From: a virus
Direction: 5' to 3' (one strand)
Length of the DNA: 64,000 nucleotides
IMG/VR virus record: IMGVR_UViG_3300009509_000009
Span: 1 to 64,000 of that record
Made by a program: the position numbers and the translations under genes. This document shows, in pieces, positions 55,177 to 63,764 of this stretch. The notes beneath the pieces are model-generated. The model ran no database searches. It was not told the DNA's origin and saw only the letters and a list, made by a program, of their open reading frames with translations. The stretch's first letter is position 1. The number at the start of each line of letters is the position of its first letter.

Positions 55177-58100
55177 ATGTCGCAGATACCCGAACTTCCG
55201 CAGCCAGGCGTAGAGGTCATCCAGGAATTCCAGGCTGTGTCGCCGTCCGTCGTGGTGCCGACACTGGTGCCTTGCGTTGTCGGCGTGTGCAACGAGATCA
55301 GAGAGCTGTACGATTCAGACGGCAATCTGAACTCCGACATCCTGGTGAGCGGTGCTGCCGTTGCCACGGCTCCCAATGCGGAGCCGTACAACCTGGCCAA
55401 CAAGAGCATCGAGCTCCGGATCAATGGAGGGGTCATCCAGACCTTCAGCTTCGATGGCACTGCCACGGCGCTGTCGGCACAGGACCTCGCGTCTTTGATC
55501 ATTGCCGCTGTTCCAGCGCCTGTGAACTTCTCTGCCTACGTGTCCGAGGACAGCGTCGGAGACAAGTACATCCAGTTCAGGACCACAGGCAGTGGGGCCG
55601 ACAAGACGATCCAGATCATCGATGACGATGGCTCTGCCGTCCTTGGCTTCGGTCTCAACTACACCTACTACGGTCTGGGGAGCTACAAGCAGGATGGTGT
55701 CTTCCTGGCTCAGTCGAGCTTTCCAGATCCTCGTGGCAACCTCGAGGAGCTGAACATCGACGAGGACTCCATTCGGATCTTCGTGGACCTCAGCACCACG
55801 GTGGTTGAGCTGCTCAAGACCGAGAGCTTCCTCCGTAGAGGTTCCACCATCGCTCCTGTCGATGACAGCGATGGGGACCAGCTCACTCCGTACGTGGCGA
55901 TGAGCGGAGAAGACTTCAAGGCGCTTCCGAGCTCGGCCATCGTGACCGGCACGAGAGATCTCAATAGTCTTCGGCAAGAGATCAACCAGCAGGTGCTGGC
56001 GATTCAGCTCGATGGCGGAGACAAGCAGTTCATCAAGTTCTATGGCGCTGGGATCATCTCCGATGCCGCAGCCGGTTGGGTCTGGGGCAACATCACTGGC
56101 AACGACCTCGTCTTCACTGTCAACGGAGTTGCGGTGAGTGTGACGACAATCGTTGCCGGTACTCTCCAAGCCCTCGTCACCGAGATCAACGTTGCCTCTC
56201 AGGCTGCGGTAGGCGCCAACATCGCCTACGAGTCGGACGCTGCTGGAACCGAGCAGACTGCGGGCACGGGCACTCATCTCGGGATCATCTACGGCGCAGT
56301 TCCGACGTACAACATCGACAAGGACGCGGCGGTAGTGGTGCAGGACACCAGCACTGCAGCTCTGCTCGATGAGATCTTCGGCAGTCTGCGGCCCACTGGT
56401 ACTGGTGACAGCATCGCAGCTGACACGCCGGTGGCAGGAACGGCCACGCTCACAGACGCTGGAGCAACCTTCACCGCAGACATGATCGGAAAGAACGTCA
56501 TCCTAGCTGGAGCTCCGACGGGCGCCAACGATGGTACGTTCCCGATCACCGGGGTTCCCAGCCCAACCACACTCGAGTACACGAACGCCGCAGCTGTGTC
56601 TGAGGCTGCACCTGCAGTCACCTGGCAAATCTCAGGGGACATCGAGCAGCCTCTGTGGGGAGACCACACAACTGTCGCTGGTGGCGCTCTGGCTGGTGGT
56701 CCATACGAGAACATCGACATCGAGGCTCAGATCGATGCCATGTTCGGCACGAGCTTCGCTTCGATGGGCGTCTCAAACGTCCTGACTCTCACCAGCCCCA
56801 AGAGCGGGAGTGAATCGAAGATCGAGATCCTTGCAACGCCTGACAGCACGACAACGTGTCTCACGCAGCTTGGTATCTCGGCGGGCGTGACCGATGGCAA
56901 TCCATTTGCTGCTAGGGTAGGCGACTACGTCTACGCAGATGGAACCCTCATCGGTATGATCATCGAGGTCCACCCAGCAGCTACCAGCGGTCGGCTCAAG
57001 CTCGACAGAGAGGTGAGCACGAGCGCCAGCTGGGCGAGCTGGTACATCGTGGCCAAGAACCTCGATACCGTTCTCTCGAGCCAGTGGGGCGTGACAGTCC
57101 CGAATCCTGACTTCAGGCTCGACAACAACGGAGACGTGATCATCAAGCACGACTTCCTCAGGGACACGACCGGGGCTCCCATCGTCACAGCGTCTGTTCC
57201 CCTCTACGCGATGTACAGTGCTCTGAGGCTGGACGTCACCGCTGAGGCAGAGAGTCCGTCGCTTCTGGCCTTCGACACGACCACCGAGCTCGACGCTGCT
57301 CTCGATCCTGTCAGCCCCGATAACCCGCTGAGCTACGGTCTCTTCTGCGCCATCGGCAATGCCGGCTCTGTCCAGGTCACTGGACTTGGTGTCAGCGAGA
57401 CAACGGCCGACAAGCCCTACGGCACGGTGCTCGGCTACACGAAGGCCTTCGAGTTCCTCGAGAGTGAAGAGATCTACGCGCTGGCGTGCATGACGTCGGA
57501 CGCAGACATCGCCTCTCTCGGTCAGGTCCACGTCAACGCCATGAGTGAGCCTGAGATGAAGGGTGAGCGGGTGCTCATCATGCACCTCGGGAACCCAACT
57601 CGGAAGGTCGACGACATCGCCGTTTCGGGCAACGACGGTGACTCAGTCGCCGGAGGACCTCCGTACAAGTTCGACACCAAGATCGCCACTCTGTCCCAGG
57701 CTCTTCTGGCTCTGGGAATCGATCCGACGAGCGCGTTCACCGCAGACGAGGGAGTGTTCCTCGATCTGGCGAACGACGACAAGATGTACAACATCATCGG
57801 TCCGGTCGAGAGTGGTACGATCGTGAAGCTCAACTTCGCGTTCAATCCGACTCAGAACACAGACTCCTTCTACTCCGAGGATACGGGAGACTGGACCACC
57901 AACCTGCCGTTGGTGAGTGCGAGCTTCTCCGTCAAGCGGCGTGGTGCTTTGGTCGCCAGCAAGAATGAGGAGATCGAAGCTATCTACTACACCGGCAAGG
58001 CCTTCCAGGACAGGCGGGTGTGGATGATGCAGCTCGACAAGCTCAAGGCCACGATCAACGGCATCGAGCAGCTCATCGAGGGCTTCTTCCTGTGCGCTGC

Positions 58101-58602
58101 GAAGGCTGGACAGGTCGGAGGACTGAGTCCTTCCCAGCCCCTCACCAACTTCCCCATCGCCGTGTTCACCGGAGTCACAGGGACCAAGGACAGGTACAAC
58201 ACGGTGCAGCTCAATCAGGGCGCTGCAGGTGGAGCTGACTGGATCATCCAGCAGGCTGCCAACGCGCCGCTCGTCTCGAGGCACCAGGTCACAACCGACC
58301 TGACCAGCATCGAGAAGAGGGAGCAGTCGATCGTCAAGGCGGTCGACTACTGTGCCAAGTTCTACCGCGTCACCCTGACCCCATATGTGGGCCGGTACAA
58401 CATCACCCCGGTCTACCTCGACACGCTGTCGACGGTGGTGCAGGGCATCGGGCGCTGGCTGGTGGAGGAGGGCGCTGTCGTCGCTGACGCGGACCTCAAC
58501 AACCTGATTCAGAGCGAGGATAGCCCAGACACGGTGCTGATCGACGTCAGCCTCGAGGTCTGGTACCCGGGGAACTACCTCCGGCTCACTCTGATCGTGT
58601 AG
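55177..58602 (+). CDS. Contractile tail sheath protein with large insertions
   Basis: N-terminal QPGVEVIQE; C-terminal REQSIVKAVDY...YVGRYNIT...DTVLIDVSLEVWYPGNY; 1141 aa; start moved to MSQIP. Confidence 0.85.
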   Translation: MSQIPELPQPGVEVIQEFQAVSPSVVVPTLVPCVVGVCNEIRELYDSDGNLNSDILVSGAAVATAPNAEPYNLANKSIELRINGGVIQTFSFDGTATALSAQDLASLIIAAVPAPVNFSAYVSEDSVGDKYIQFRTTGSGADKTIQIIDDDGSAVLGFGLNYTYYGLGSYKQDGVFLAQSSFPDPRGNLEELNIDEDSIRIFVDLSTTVVELLKTESFLRRGSTIAPVDDSDGDQLTPYVAMSGEDFKALPSSAIVTGTRDLNSLRQEINQQVLAIQLDGGDKQFIKFYGAGIISDAAAGWVWGNITGNDLVFTVNGVAVSVTTIVAGTLQALVTEINVASQAAVGANIAYESDAAGTEQTAGTGTHLGIIYGAVPTYNIDKDAAVVVQDTSTAALLDEIFGSLRPTGTGDSIAADTPVAGTATLTDAGATFTADMIGKNVILAGAPTGANDGTFPITGVPSPTTLEYTNAAAVSEAAPAVTWQISGDIEQPLWGDHTTVAGGALAGGPYENIDIEAQIDAMFGTSFASMGVSNVLTLTSPKSGSESKIEILATPDSTTTCLTQLGISAGVTDGNPFAARVGDYVYADGTLIGMIIEVHPAATSGRLKLDREVSTSASWASWYIVAKNLDTVLSSQWGVTVPNPDFRLDNNGDVIIKHDFLRDTTGAPIVTASVPLYAMYSALRLDVTAEAESPSLLAFDTTTELDAALDPVSPDNPLSYGLFCAIGNAGSVQVTGLGVSETTADKPYGTVLGYTKAFEFLESEEIYALACMTSDADIASLGQVHVNAMSEPEMKGERVLIMHLGNPTRKVDDIAVSGNDGDSVAGGPPYKFDTKIATLSQALLALGIDPTSAFTADEGVFLDLANDDKMYNIIGPVESGTIVKLNFAFNPTQNTDSFYSEDTGDWTTNLPLVSASFSVKRRGALVASKNEEIEAIYYTGKAFQDRRVWMMQLDKLKATINGIEQLIEGFFLCAAKAGQVGGLSPSQPLTNFPIAVFTGVTGTKDRYNTVQLNQGAAGGADWIIQQAANAPLVSRHQVTTDLTSIEKREQSIVKAVDYCAKFYRVTLTPYVGRYNITPVYLDTLSTVVQGIGRWLVEEGAVVADADLNNLIQSEDSPDTVLIDVSLEVWYPGNYLRLTLIV

Positions 58603-58611
58603 GAGGGGCCC

Positions 58612-59760
58612 TTGGCGCGCAAGTATTCAGATTGGGCGATCAAGAAGCTAGCTGCTAGGCGTGAGCGCACTGGTGGCTACTTCACCAATCCCGTAGTGGA
58701 AGGCGACCCCGAGGCCATCTACAGCCCCGGCGTCGTCGGCCACGAAGCGGGTCACGCTAAGCTACACACCATTCCTGTGTTGGGGGACATGCTCACGTAC
58801 GCGCCGATCGTTGCTCCTATGATCGCTGGTGGTATTGCCGCCAGGGGAGCTGGTCCTAACGAAGCGGCTCAGCAAGCAGCAGCCCAGAAGGCGGTAGAAA
58901 AGCTATCCCCATATCTCACTGGAACTCGCCTCGCTGATGAAGCTGGATCATCTCTTATCAGCCTCAGCAACCTCAAGAAGGATGTTGAGGCCGGGAAGAT
59001 GTCCAAGGAAGACTATGCCGCTGCTCAACGCGGTCTTCTGTCAGCCTTTGGCACCTATGGCGTTGGGGCCGCCACGCAACACAAACTTATTGATCCGGGA
59101 GCCGCTGGTGCGTTAGGCATGGCTGCTACCGCAGGCACTCTCCTCTCTGAGAGAGGAGGCATGACCGCCGAACAGGCTGCGAAAAAGGTACACGAGATCG
59201 CTCCTGGAACTGACGTGTACGCGATCAACGCGCCAATCGGTGGCGGATCTATGTATATCCCTAAGGCAAGAACACCGCTGGGTGGCTTGGCACACAGGGC
59301 TCTGTTTGCTGCGGTACTCCCTCAGAAGGAGATCACCAGGCTGAGCGAGCGTGGTGGTATTGTCACGGCCCCTGTTCACCTTGGTACTGCTGGTGTAGGC
59401 ATTGCGCAGAGCATGGCCAACCAGATCAGTCCTCTCGGTCCACTAACTCCGATGCTCACCTATCCTGGTGAGATCAGAAAAGGCCGCAGAGTCATTGTTC
59501 CAGAGCTTGAAGAACAGAAGGGCGACGTTCTTGATCCAGAAAAGGCGTATCGTCTTGCAGAGGGAGGGGCTGGAGACAAGCTACGGGCGGCGGCGTACTC
59601 GTTCCGACATCCGCTGGCTATGGCTGGCCAGGTCCTCAAAGGCGGGCCGAAAGACAAGGGTAGGAAAGAGGCACCTCCGAAGGAGGAGCTTCCGAAAGAG
59701 AAAGCAGCTTCAGCCTCCCCGCACGTTCAGTATCTTCGCATGATGCTGACGGAGGCGTAG
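58612..59760 (+). CDS. YugP/Zn_peptidase_2-like membrane metallopeptidase flanked by KxA motifs
   Basis: GHEAGHA, hydrophobic segment, LADEAGSS (third ligand E), AQRGLLSAFGTY; KKLAA near the N-terminus and EKAASA near the C-terminus. Confidence 0.65.
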   Translation: MARKYSDWAIKKLAARRERTGGYFTNPVVEGDPEAIYSPGVVGHEAGHAKLHTIPVLGDMLTYAPIVAPMIAGGIAARGAGPNEAAQQAAAQKAVEKLSPYLTGTRLADEAGSSLISLSNLKKDVEAGKMSKEDYAAAQRGLLSAFGTYGVGAATQHKLIDPGAAGALGMAATAGTLLSERGGMTAEQAAKKVHEIAPGTDVYAINAPIGGGSMYIPKARTPLGGLAHRALFAAVLPQKEITRLSERGGIVTAPVHLGTAGVGIAQSMANQISPLGPLTPMLTYPGEIRKGRRVIVPELEEQKGDVLDPEKAYRLAEGGAGDKLRAAAYSFRHPLAMAGQVLKGGPKDKGRKEAPPKEELPKEKAASASPHVQYLRMMLTEA

Positions 59761-59791
59761 GCTACGTGATACAACAAGTGAGGAGGCTCTG

Positions 59792-60544
59792 ATGGCCGGT
59801 TTCGCACAATGGAATCCCCTGAACCACTTCGTTCAGGGTGGGATGCCCGACGGGCGCTTCGTCTCCGGAGCCTTGACTCTGGTCGCCGCTGGTCCACCTC
59901 GTCTGGCCCAGATGGGAGGTAGCGTTCAGAGCGCTGCCAATGCGATCAACGACGAGGCGGCGGATATCGTCTTCCCGATCGGGATCACCCAGAACATCAA
60001 CATGTCCCAGAACAAGACCTTCATGAGGATCTGGGAGCTGGGATCCGAACGCAGCTACTTCATCGGTGGCCGCACAGTCGGGCAGTTGGCTCTCTCGAGA
60101 GTCTACTACCACGGCCCATCACTTCTGCGAGTGCTCTACGCCTACTACAGGGACGAGCGCGGCAGGGTCCAGGTCCCGTGGGTCTTCCCGAATCTGGGCG
60201 CCACTCAGATGTTCAACGAGCACGATGTGATCGTGCCTCCTGGCTACGAGAACCTGTTCCTGAACCTGGCATCAGACCTGTTCAACCAGCCCATCGGGCT
60301 CTTGGTCTACGTCAGGGACTCGAACCTCAAGACCATGGGGGCCATCTACCTCGAGGCCTGCTACATCCCGAACCACACGTGGGCGACGGATGCACAGGGC
60401 ACCATCGTGCAAGAGACCGTGGCAGTTCAGTACGAGCGTGTCATGCCGGTCAACGTCTCGGCAGTCACTCTCGTTACGGGGCTAGCCAAGTCCACGGGTG
60501 GCGCTGAGTCGGGCGGCGGCTTCCACCTCACCCTCGGCTTCTAG
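59792..60544 (+). CDS. Putative tail tube protein
   Basis: IGITQNINMSQNK...IWELGSERSYFIGGRTVG; near sheath; GAGGAGG RBS. Confidence 0.7.
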   Translation: MAGFAQWNPLNHFVQGGMPDGRFVSGALTLVAAGPPRLAQMGGSVQSAANAINDEAADIVFPIGITQNINMSQNKTFMRIWELGSERSYFIGGRTVGQLALSRVYYHGPSLLRVLYAYYRDERGRVQVPWVFPNLGATQMFNEHDVIVPPGYENLFLNLASDLFNQPIGLLVYVRDSNLKTMGAIYLEACYIPNHTWATDAQGTIVQETVAVQYERVMPVNVSAVTLVTGLAKSTGGAESGGGFHLTLGF

Positions 60545-60556
60545 ACCCGGAGGTGG

Positions 60557-61444
60557 GTGATGCTGCAAGACCAGAGGTTGATGGCTGACGTCCTTGTGGA
60601 GATGTCCAATGGGCACTTTCGCAAGCTGGCGTCCCTGTCTGCCAGGACGAGGGGAGCCGTCGAGCTCGGCAAGGTCGCTGCAGCGCGCTTCTCTCCTCCT
60701 ACAGAGGATGAGTACCTCCAGAAGATGGCGGCTTCTCAGCTGGGAGAAGCGTACCTTGAGAAGTTGGCTCGAGCTGTCATCAACGAGGAGGTCTCCTGGG
60801 ACGACCTTTCTGACCTGGAGAAGACTGCCCTCGGCATTGGTGGTATCGGCAGAGCCCTCAAGGGCGTTGGCCAGTTCTTCACCAAGGGCAAGACTGTCAG
60901 GATGGCTGGTGGCCCAGGAAGCGCCTCGGGGGGCATAGGGGCTCGTCTCCGGAGCGCTTGGAACAGGGGCACAGGCCAGCAGTGGAAGAACCTGGCCGGC
61001 AGCAAGGGCGGAGGCCCTGGTATCTCAGGGCCAAGGACGCAGACCTTCAAGGGCGGCACGAGGCCCGCAGGGGCTGGAGCAGGCCCGTACAGAGGGGCTG
61101 CAGCTCAGGGACCAGCCACGGCGGTACGACCTCCTCCCCAGCAGGCCGGCGCTCAGATGCGCCAGAGGTTCCAGCAGCTCAACCAGGGAGCTCAGCCACT
61201 GCAGGGTAACAGAGCGGTCCAGAGGGCCTCTGCAGCGGCCGGAGGAACTCCAGGTGCCAGGAAGCCTCTTCTCTCCTGGAGGACGAAGGCGGGCCTGGGA
61301 GCCGCAGCTGTGGGCGCCGGAGGCCTCTACCTCGGAGGCAAGGCTCTGGACACGGCCAACACCTTCCTCCATCAGCAACAGCCGGGAGCCTACCAGTACG
61401 GTATGGGGGCTCCAACCCCCTTCATGCAGCCCCAAGGCATGTAG
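60557..61444 (+). CDS. Gly-rich basic protein with N-terminal tandem KxA helices
   Basis: RKLAS, GKVAA, QKMAA, EKLA, EKTAL, then GIGGIGRALKGVGQFF and a C-terminal hydrophobic helix. Confidence 0.7.
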   Translation: MMLQDQRLMADVLVEMSNGHFRKLASLSARTRGAVELGKVAAARFSPPTEDEYLQKMAASQLGEAYLEKLARAVINEEVSWDDLSDLEKTALGIGGIGRALKGVGQFFTKGKTVRMAGGPGSASGGIGARLRSAWNRGTGQQWKNLAGSKGGGPGISGPRTQTFKGGTRPAGAGAGPYRGAAAQGPATAVRPPPQQAGAQMRQRFQQLNQGAQPLQGNRAVQRASAAAGGTPGARKPLLSWRTKAGLGAAAVGAGGLYLGGKALDTANTFLHQQQPGAYQYGMGAPTPFMQPQGM

Positions 61445-61456
61445 CTCGGCGATTTA

Positions 61457-61549
61457 GTCATAGTGAACAGTTGTTCACGTATGACGCCGGCGTTTGACAT
61501 ACTGCGTCAAATACCCCTAACGCATCGAACTGACCCAAACGGGGTATTT
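61457..61549. repeat. Cluster of inverted repeats between convergent genes
   Basis: GTCATA-GTGAACA-GT-TGTTCAC-G-TATGAC; TTTGAC-N7-GTCAAA; AAATACCCC...GGGGTATTT. Confidence 0.7.
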
Positions 61550-61566
61550 CGTTCGTTGACATGACC

Positions 61567-61592
61567 AGCTAAGGTTGGAGCCCGAAGGCTCC
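61567..61592 (-). terminator. UUCG hairpin at the end of a leftward unit
   Basis: GGAGCC-TTCG-GGCTCC followed by AACCTTAGCT (no U tract). Confidence 0.55.
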
Positions 61593-61601
61593 TCGAGGGC
61601 C

Positions 61602-62018
61602 TCAGCCCTCCCGGTGGATGCGGTCGACGAACTCCTCGGCGGCGTTGACGTCGTCTCTGAGCCTCTTCCAGGTGATGGACAGCTCGTCCTTCCACGCCAT
61701 GTGAGCTCGGACAATGGCTGCGTGGAGCATCCGCTCGATGAACTTCCGCTCGGCCGGCGTAGTCATCTGCATGAGGTTGGGCGCCTCGTCGTCCTCGTAG
61801 AAGCGGAAGCACGGGCGCTTGTAGTGGGGGAGGGTGGAGCAGAGGAGCCAATCCATAATGGATCTGTATTGCTCCTCGGGGCTAGGCCTCTTGATCATCC
61901 GCAAGGCCTTCTGGTAGTCGCGCTCCTTCTCGAGGAGACGCTCGAGCTCGGGGAAACATTCGTTGCTGGCCGGCTCTTGTATCTGTAGTGGTTGACACGA
62001 CTGGCGGAACATCGACAT
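61602..62018 (-). CDS. Hypothetical protein
   Basis: GGAGGAGG RBS, downstream of promoter copy E. Confidence 0.75.
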   Translation of the reverse strand: MSMFRQSCQPLQIQEPASNECFPELERLLEKERDYQKALRMIKRPSPEEQYRSIMDWLLCSTLPHYKRPCFRFYEDDEAPNLMQMTTPAERKFIERMLHAAIVRAHMAWKDELSITWKRLRDDVNAAEEFVDRIHREG

Positions 62019-62072
62019 TGATACCTCCTCCCTCTACGGGATCAGTAGGAAAAAGAGTCCGTACTGCGACCT

Positions 62073-62107
62073 CAAAGATCTTATTACTAGGGACGATCTA
62101 CTTTTTC
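62073..62107 (-). promoter_or_regulatory. Putative phage promoter, copy E
   Basis: GAA-N17-GTAATAAGATCTTTG. Confidence 0.7.
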
Positions 62108-62649
62108 TTCCACCACTCGTCGACCTTAGAAAGATCCAGCGGCTCATCTACGAGCTTGAATCCATCGTCAGTGGCGAGCATGGCTACTGGGATAGCTTCG
62201 ACGTCTTCGTCGAACTCATCAACATGATCGTCGAATCCTTCTCCAGGGCCACCAAGGTCCTCTTCCTCGGGTGGTATGGCTGGTAGGGCGCCGGCAGCCA
62301 GGCGAGCTCTTTCCTCAGCTCTGCCACTGAGCCAATCTTCTGCGAGTCGTTCGAGGTCCTCGTTGATTTCAGCTCCCTCGAGAACATCTTGCAGATATTG
62401 ATGATCGAGACGATCCCACATCTCTGGATTCTCTAGAGCCTGTCTTGCGAATTCCTCTGGCTCGAGCTGATGCTCTCTTAGCAGACTGAATGGTCTCTCC
62501 TTGGGAGTCTTTGGAGTGGGACCCGCTGGCTTGAGTGAGTCGAACACTTCCTGGGCAAACTCTCCTGGCTCGAGCGGCCTCAGATAGGCGCGCGATTCAC
62601 TTAGATCAGCTTCAGGGTCTATTTGACCCTCCCAGAAATGACGTGCCAC
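62098..62649 (-). CDS. Hypothetical acidic protein
   Basis: GTG start directly after the upstream stop. Confidence 0.6.
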   Translation of the reverse strand: MARHFWEGQIDPEADLSESRAYLRPLEPGEFAQEVFDSLKPAGPTPKTPKERPFSLLREHQLEPEEFARQALENPEMWDRLDHQYLQDVLEGAEINEDLERLAEDWLSGRAEERARLAAGALPAIPPEEEDLGGPGEGFDDHVDEFDEDVEAIPVAMLATDDGFKLVDEPLDLSKVDEWWKKK

Positions 62650-62651
62650 AG

Positions 62652-62888
62652 TTAGAGCTTATCAGACGGGTGATCTGCTAGCCAGCGGTGCATCCAGCAG
62701 ATATTCTCCGGATCAGCTTCAGAGACCATCTGCATCTTCACCCGGTGCTGTTCAATGAGTACCTGAATCAGCTCTCCTACGGTGAAGCGCTTGCCTATCT
62801 TGTCCTCGAGGCGCTTGCACTCCTGCTCGAGGAACGAGGCTTGGTCTCTGGTGATGTTGAGAGCTACGCGGCGCACTCTGCCTCCCAT
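62652..62888 (-). CDS. Possible ribbon-helix-helix DNA-binding protein
   Basis: RRVALNIT strand, helix, then TVGELIQVLIE helix. Confidence 0.5.
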   Translation of the reverse strand: MGGRVRRVALNITRDQASFLEQECKRLEDKIGKRFTVGELIQVLIEQHRVKMQMVSEADPENICWMHRWLADHPSDKL

Positions 62889-63409
62889 GTGGTGAGGGCT
62901 GCCTTGACTCTGGCTGGTCTGTCTTGAGGTCGGCCCTCTTCAACCTCCTTCATGCGCGCATTGATCTGAGCCCTCACGATGTGCTCTGGGATTCCGTAAC
63001 CCCCGAACTGGACAACGCGACCCATCATCCACTCCTCGTCCCTCTTCCTGCCCGGGAAGCAGAGTATCTCGGCCTGGACACTCTCACTCTCGTAGTACAT
63101 CCGGAAGTTCTTGGAGAGCAGATACCAGATCGGCATATGCCACACTAAGAACTGAAGCCTGTGCGTGAGCTCGTGGCAAGACAGTGATGATGGCTCATCG
63201 TCTTCTGTCATGTGCCCGCTGTAGATTATTCCCCACAGCGTAGTGGTGTAGTCCTTCATGAACTTCTCCTTAGGGAAGTCCACGATCTTGAGCTTGGTGA
63301 GGAAGGCCAGGAGAGAGCCGATAGCTTGCATGAGCCACGACTCCTCCTTTGGCACCACCTTCACCTTGGCTACTGATCTGCTGAAGTACTTGATGAATGA
63401 CTCTGGCAT
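62864..63409 (-). CDS. HExxH zincin-like protein
   Basis: HELTHRLQ with downstream YESE; GAGGTG RBS. Confidence 0.6.
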   Translation of the reverse strand: MPESFIKYFSRSVAKVKVVPKEESWLMQAIGSLLAFLTKLKIVDFPKEKFMKDYTTTLWGIIYSGHMTEDDEPSSLSCHELTHRLQFLVWHMPIWYLLSKNFRMYYESESVQAEILCFPGRKRDEEWMMGRVVQFGGYGIPEHIVRAQINARMKEVEEGRPQDRPARVKAALTTWEAECAA

Positions 63410-63487
63410 GGTTCACCTCTAAAGAAGCGTCGGTGTCCTCTCACTCGTGGAGCGCCCCACTCGATTCCACCTGACTTCAGGTCCCTG

Positions 63488-63522
63488 CATAGTTCTTATG
63501 CCGTCTTGCGTCTCTTCTTTGC
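63488..63522 (-). promoter_or_regulatory. Putative phage promoter, copy F
   Basis: GCA-N17-GGCATAAGAACTATG, overlapping the stop codon of the upstream gene. Confidence 0.7.
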
Positions 63523-63732
63523 TGGCTCTTTCTTGGGCTTCTCATCTGCGGCAAGGATACGATCTATGCGTTTCTTTGTTCGCTTGTTGTCGATGAGCTG
63601 CCTGTAGGCAGAGATGGCCTCCTCGCAGAACTCCTGCATAGCCGTCTCCCCATGAAGCACTAGGCCCACCTTCTGCCCGCTCAGTAACGTGACAAAGCAT
63701 GTCTCCCCCTCCACGATGAATCTGTTTCCCAT
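63496..63732 (-). CDS. Hypothetical protein, basic C-terminus
   Basis: GAGGAGG RBS before MGNRF. Confidence 0.65.
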   Translation of the reverse strand: MGNRFIVEGETCFVTLLSGQKVGLVLHGETAMQEFCEEAISAYRQLIDNKRTKKRIDRILAADEKPKKEPAKKRRKTA

Positions 63733-63764
63733 CAGACCTCCTCTCAATGTGAGGAGAAGTCCGA

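Noticed and set aside
29627-60544. T6SS, tailocin or eCIS interpretation of the spike, sheath and tube genes
   Set aside because: Portal, terminase, protease, capsid and a full replication set indicate a complete phage.
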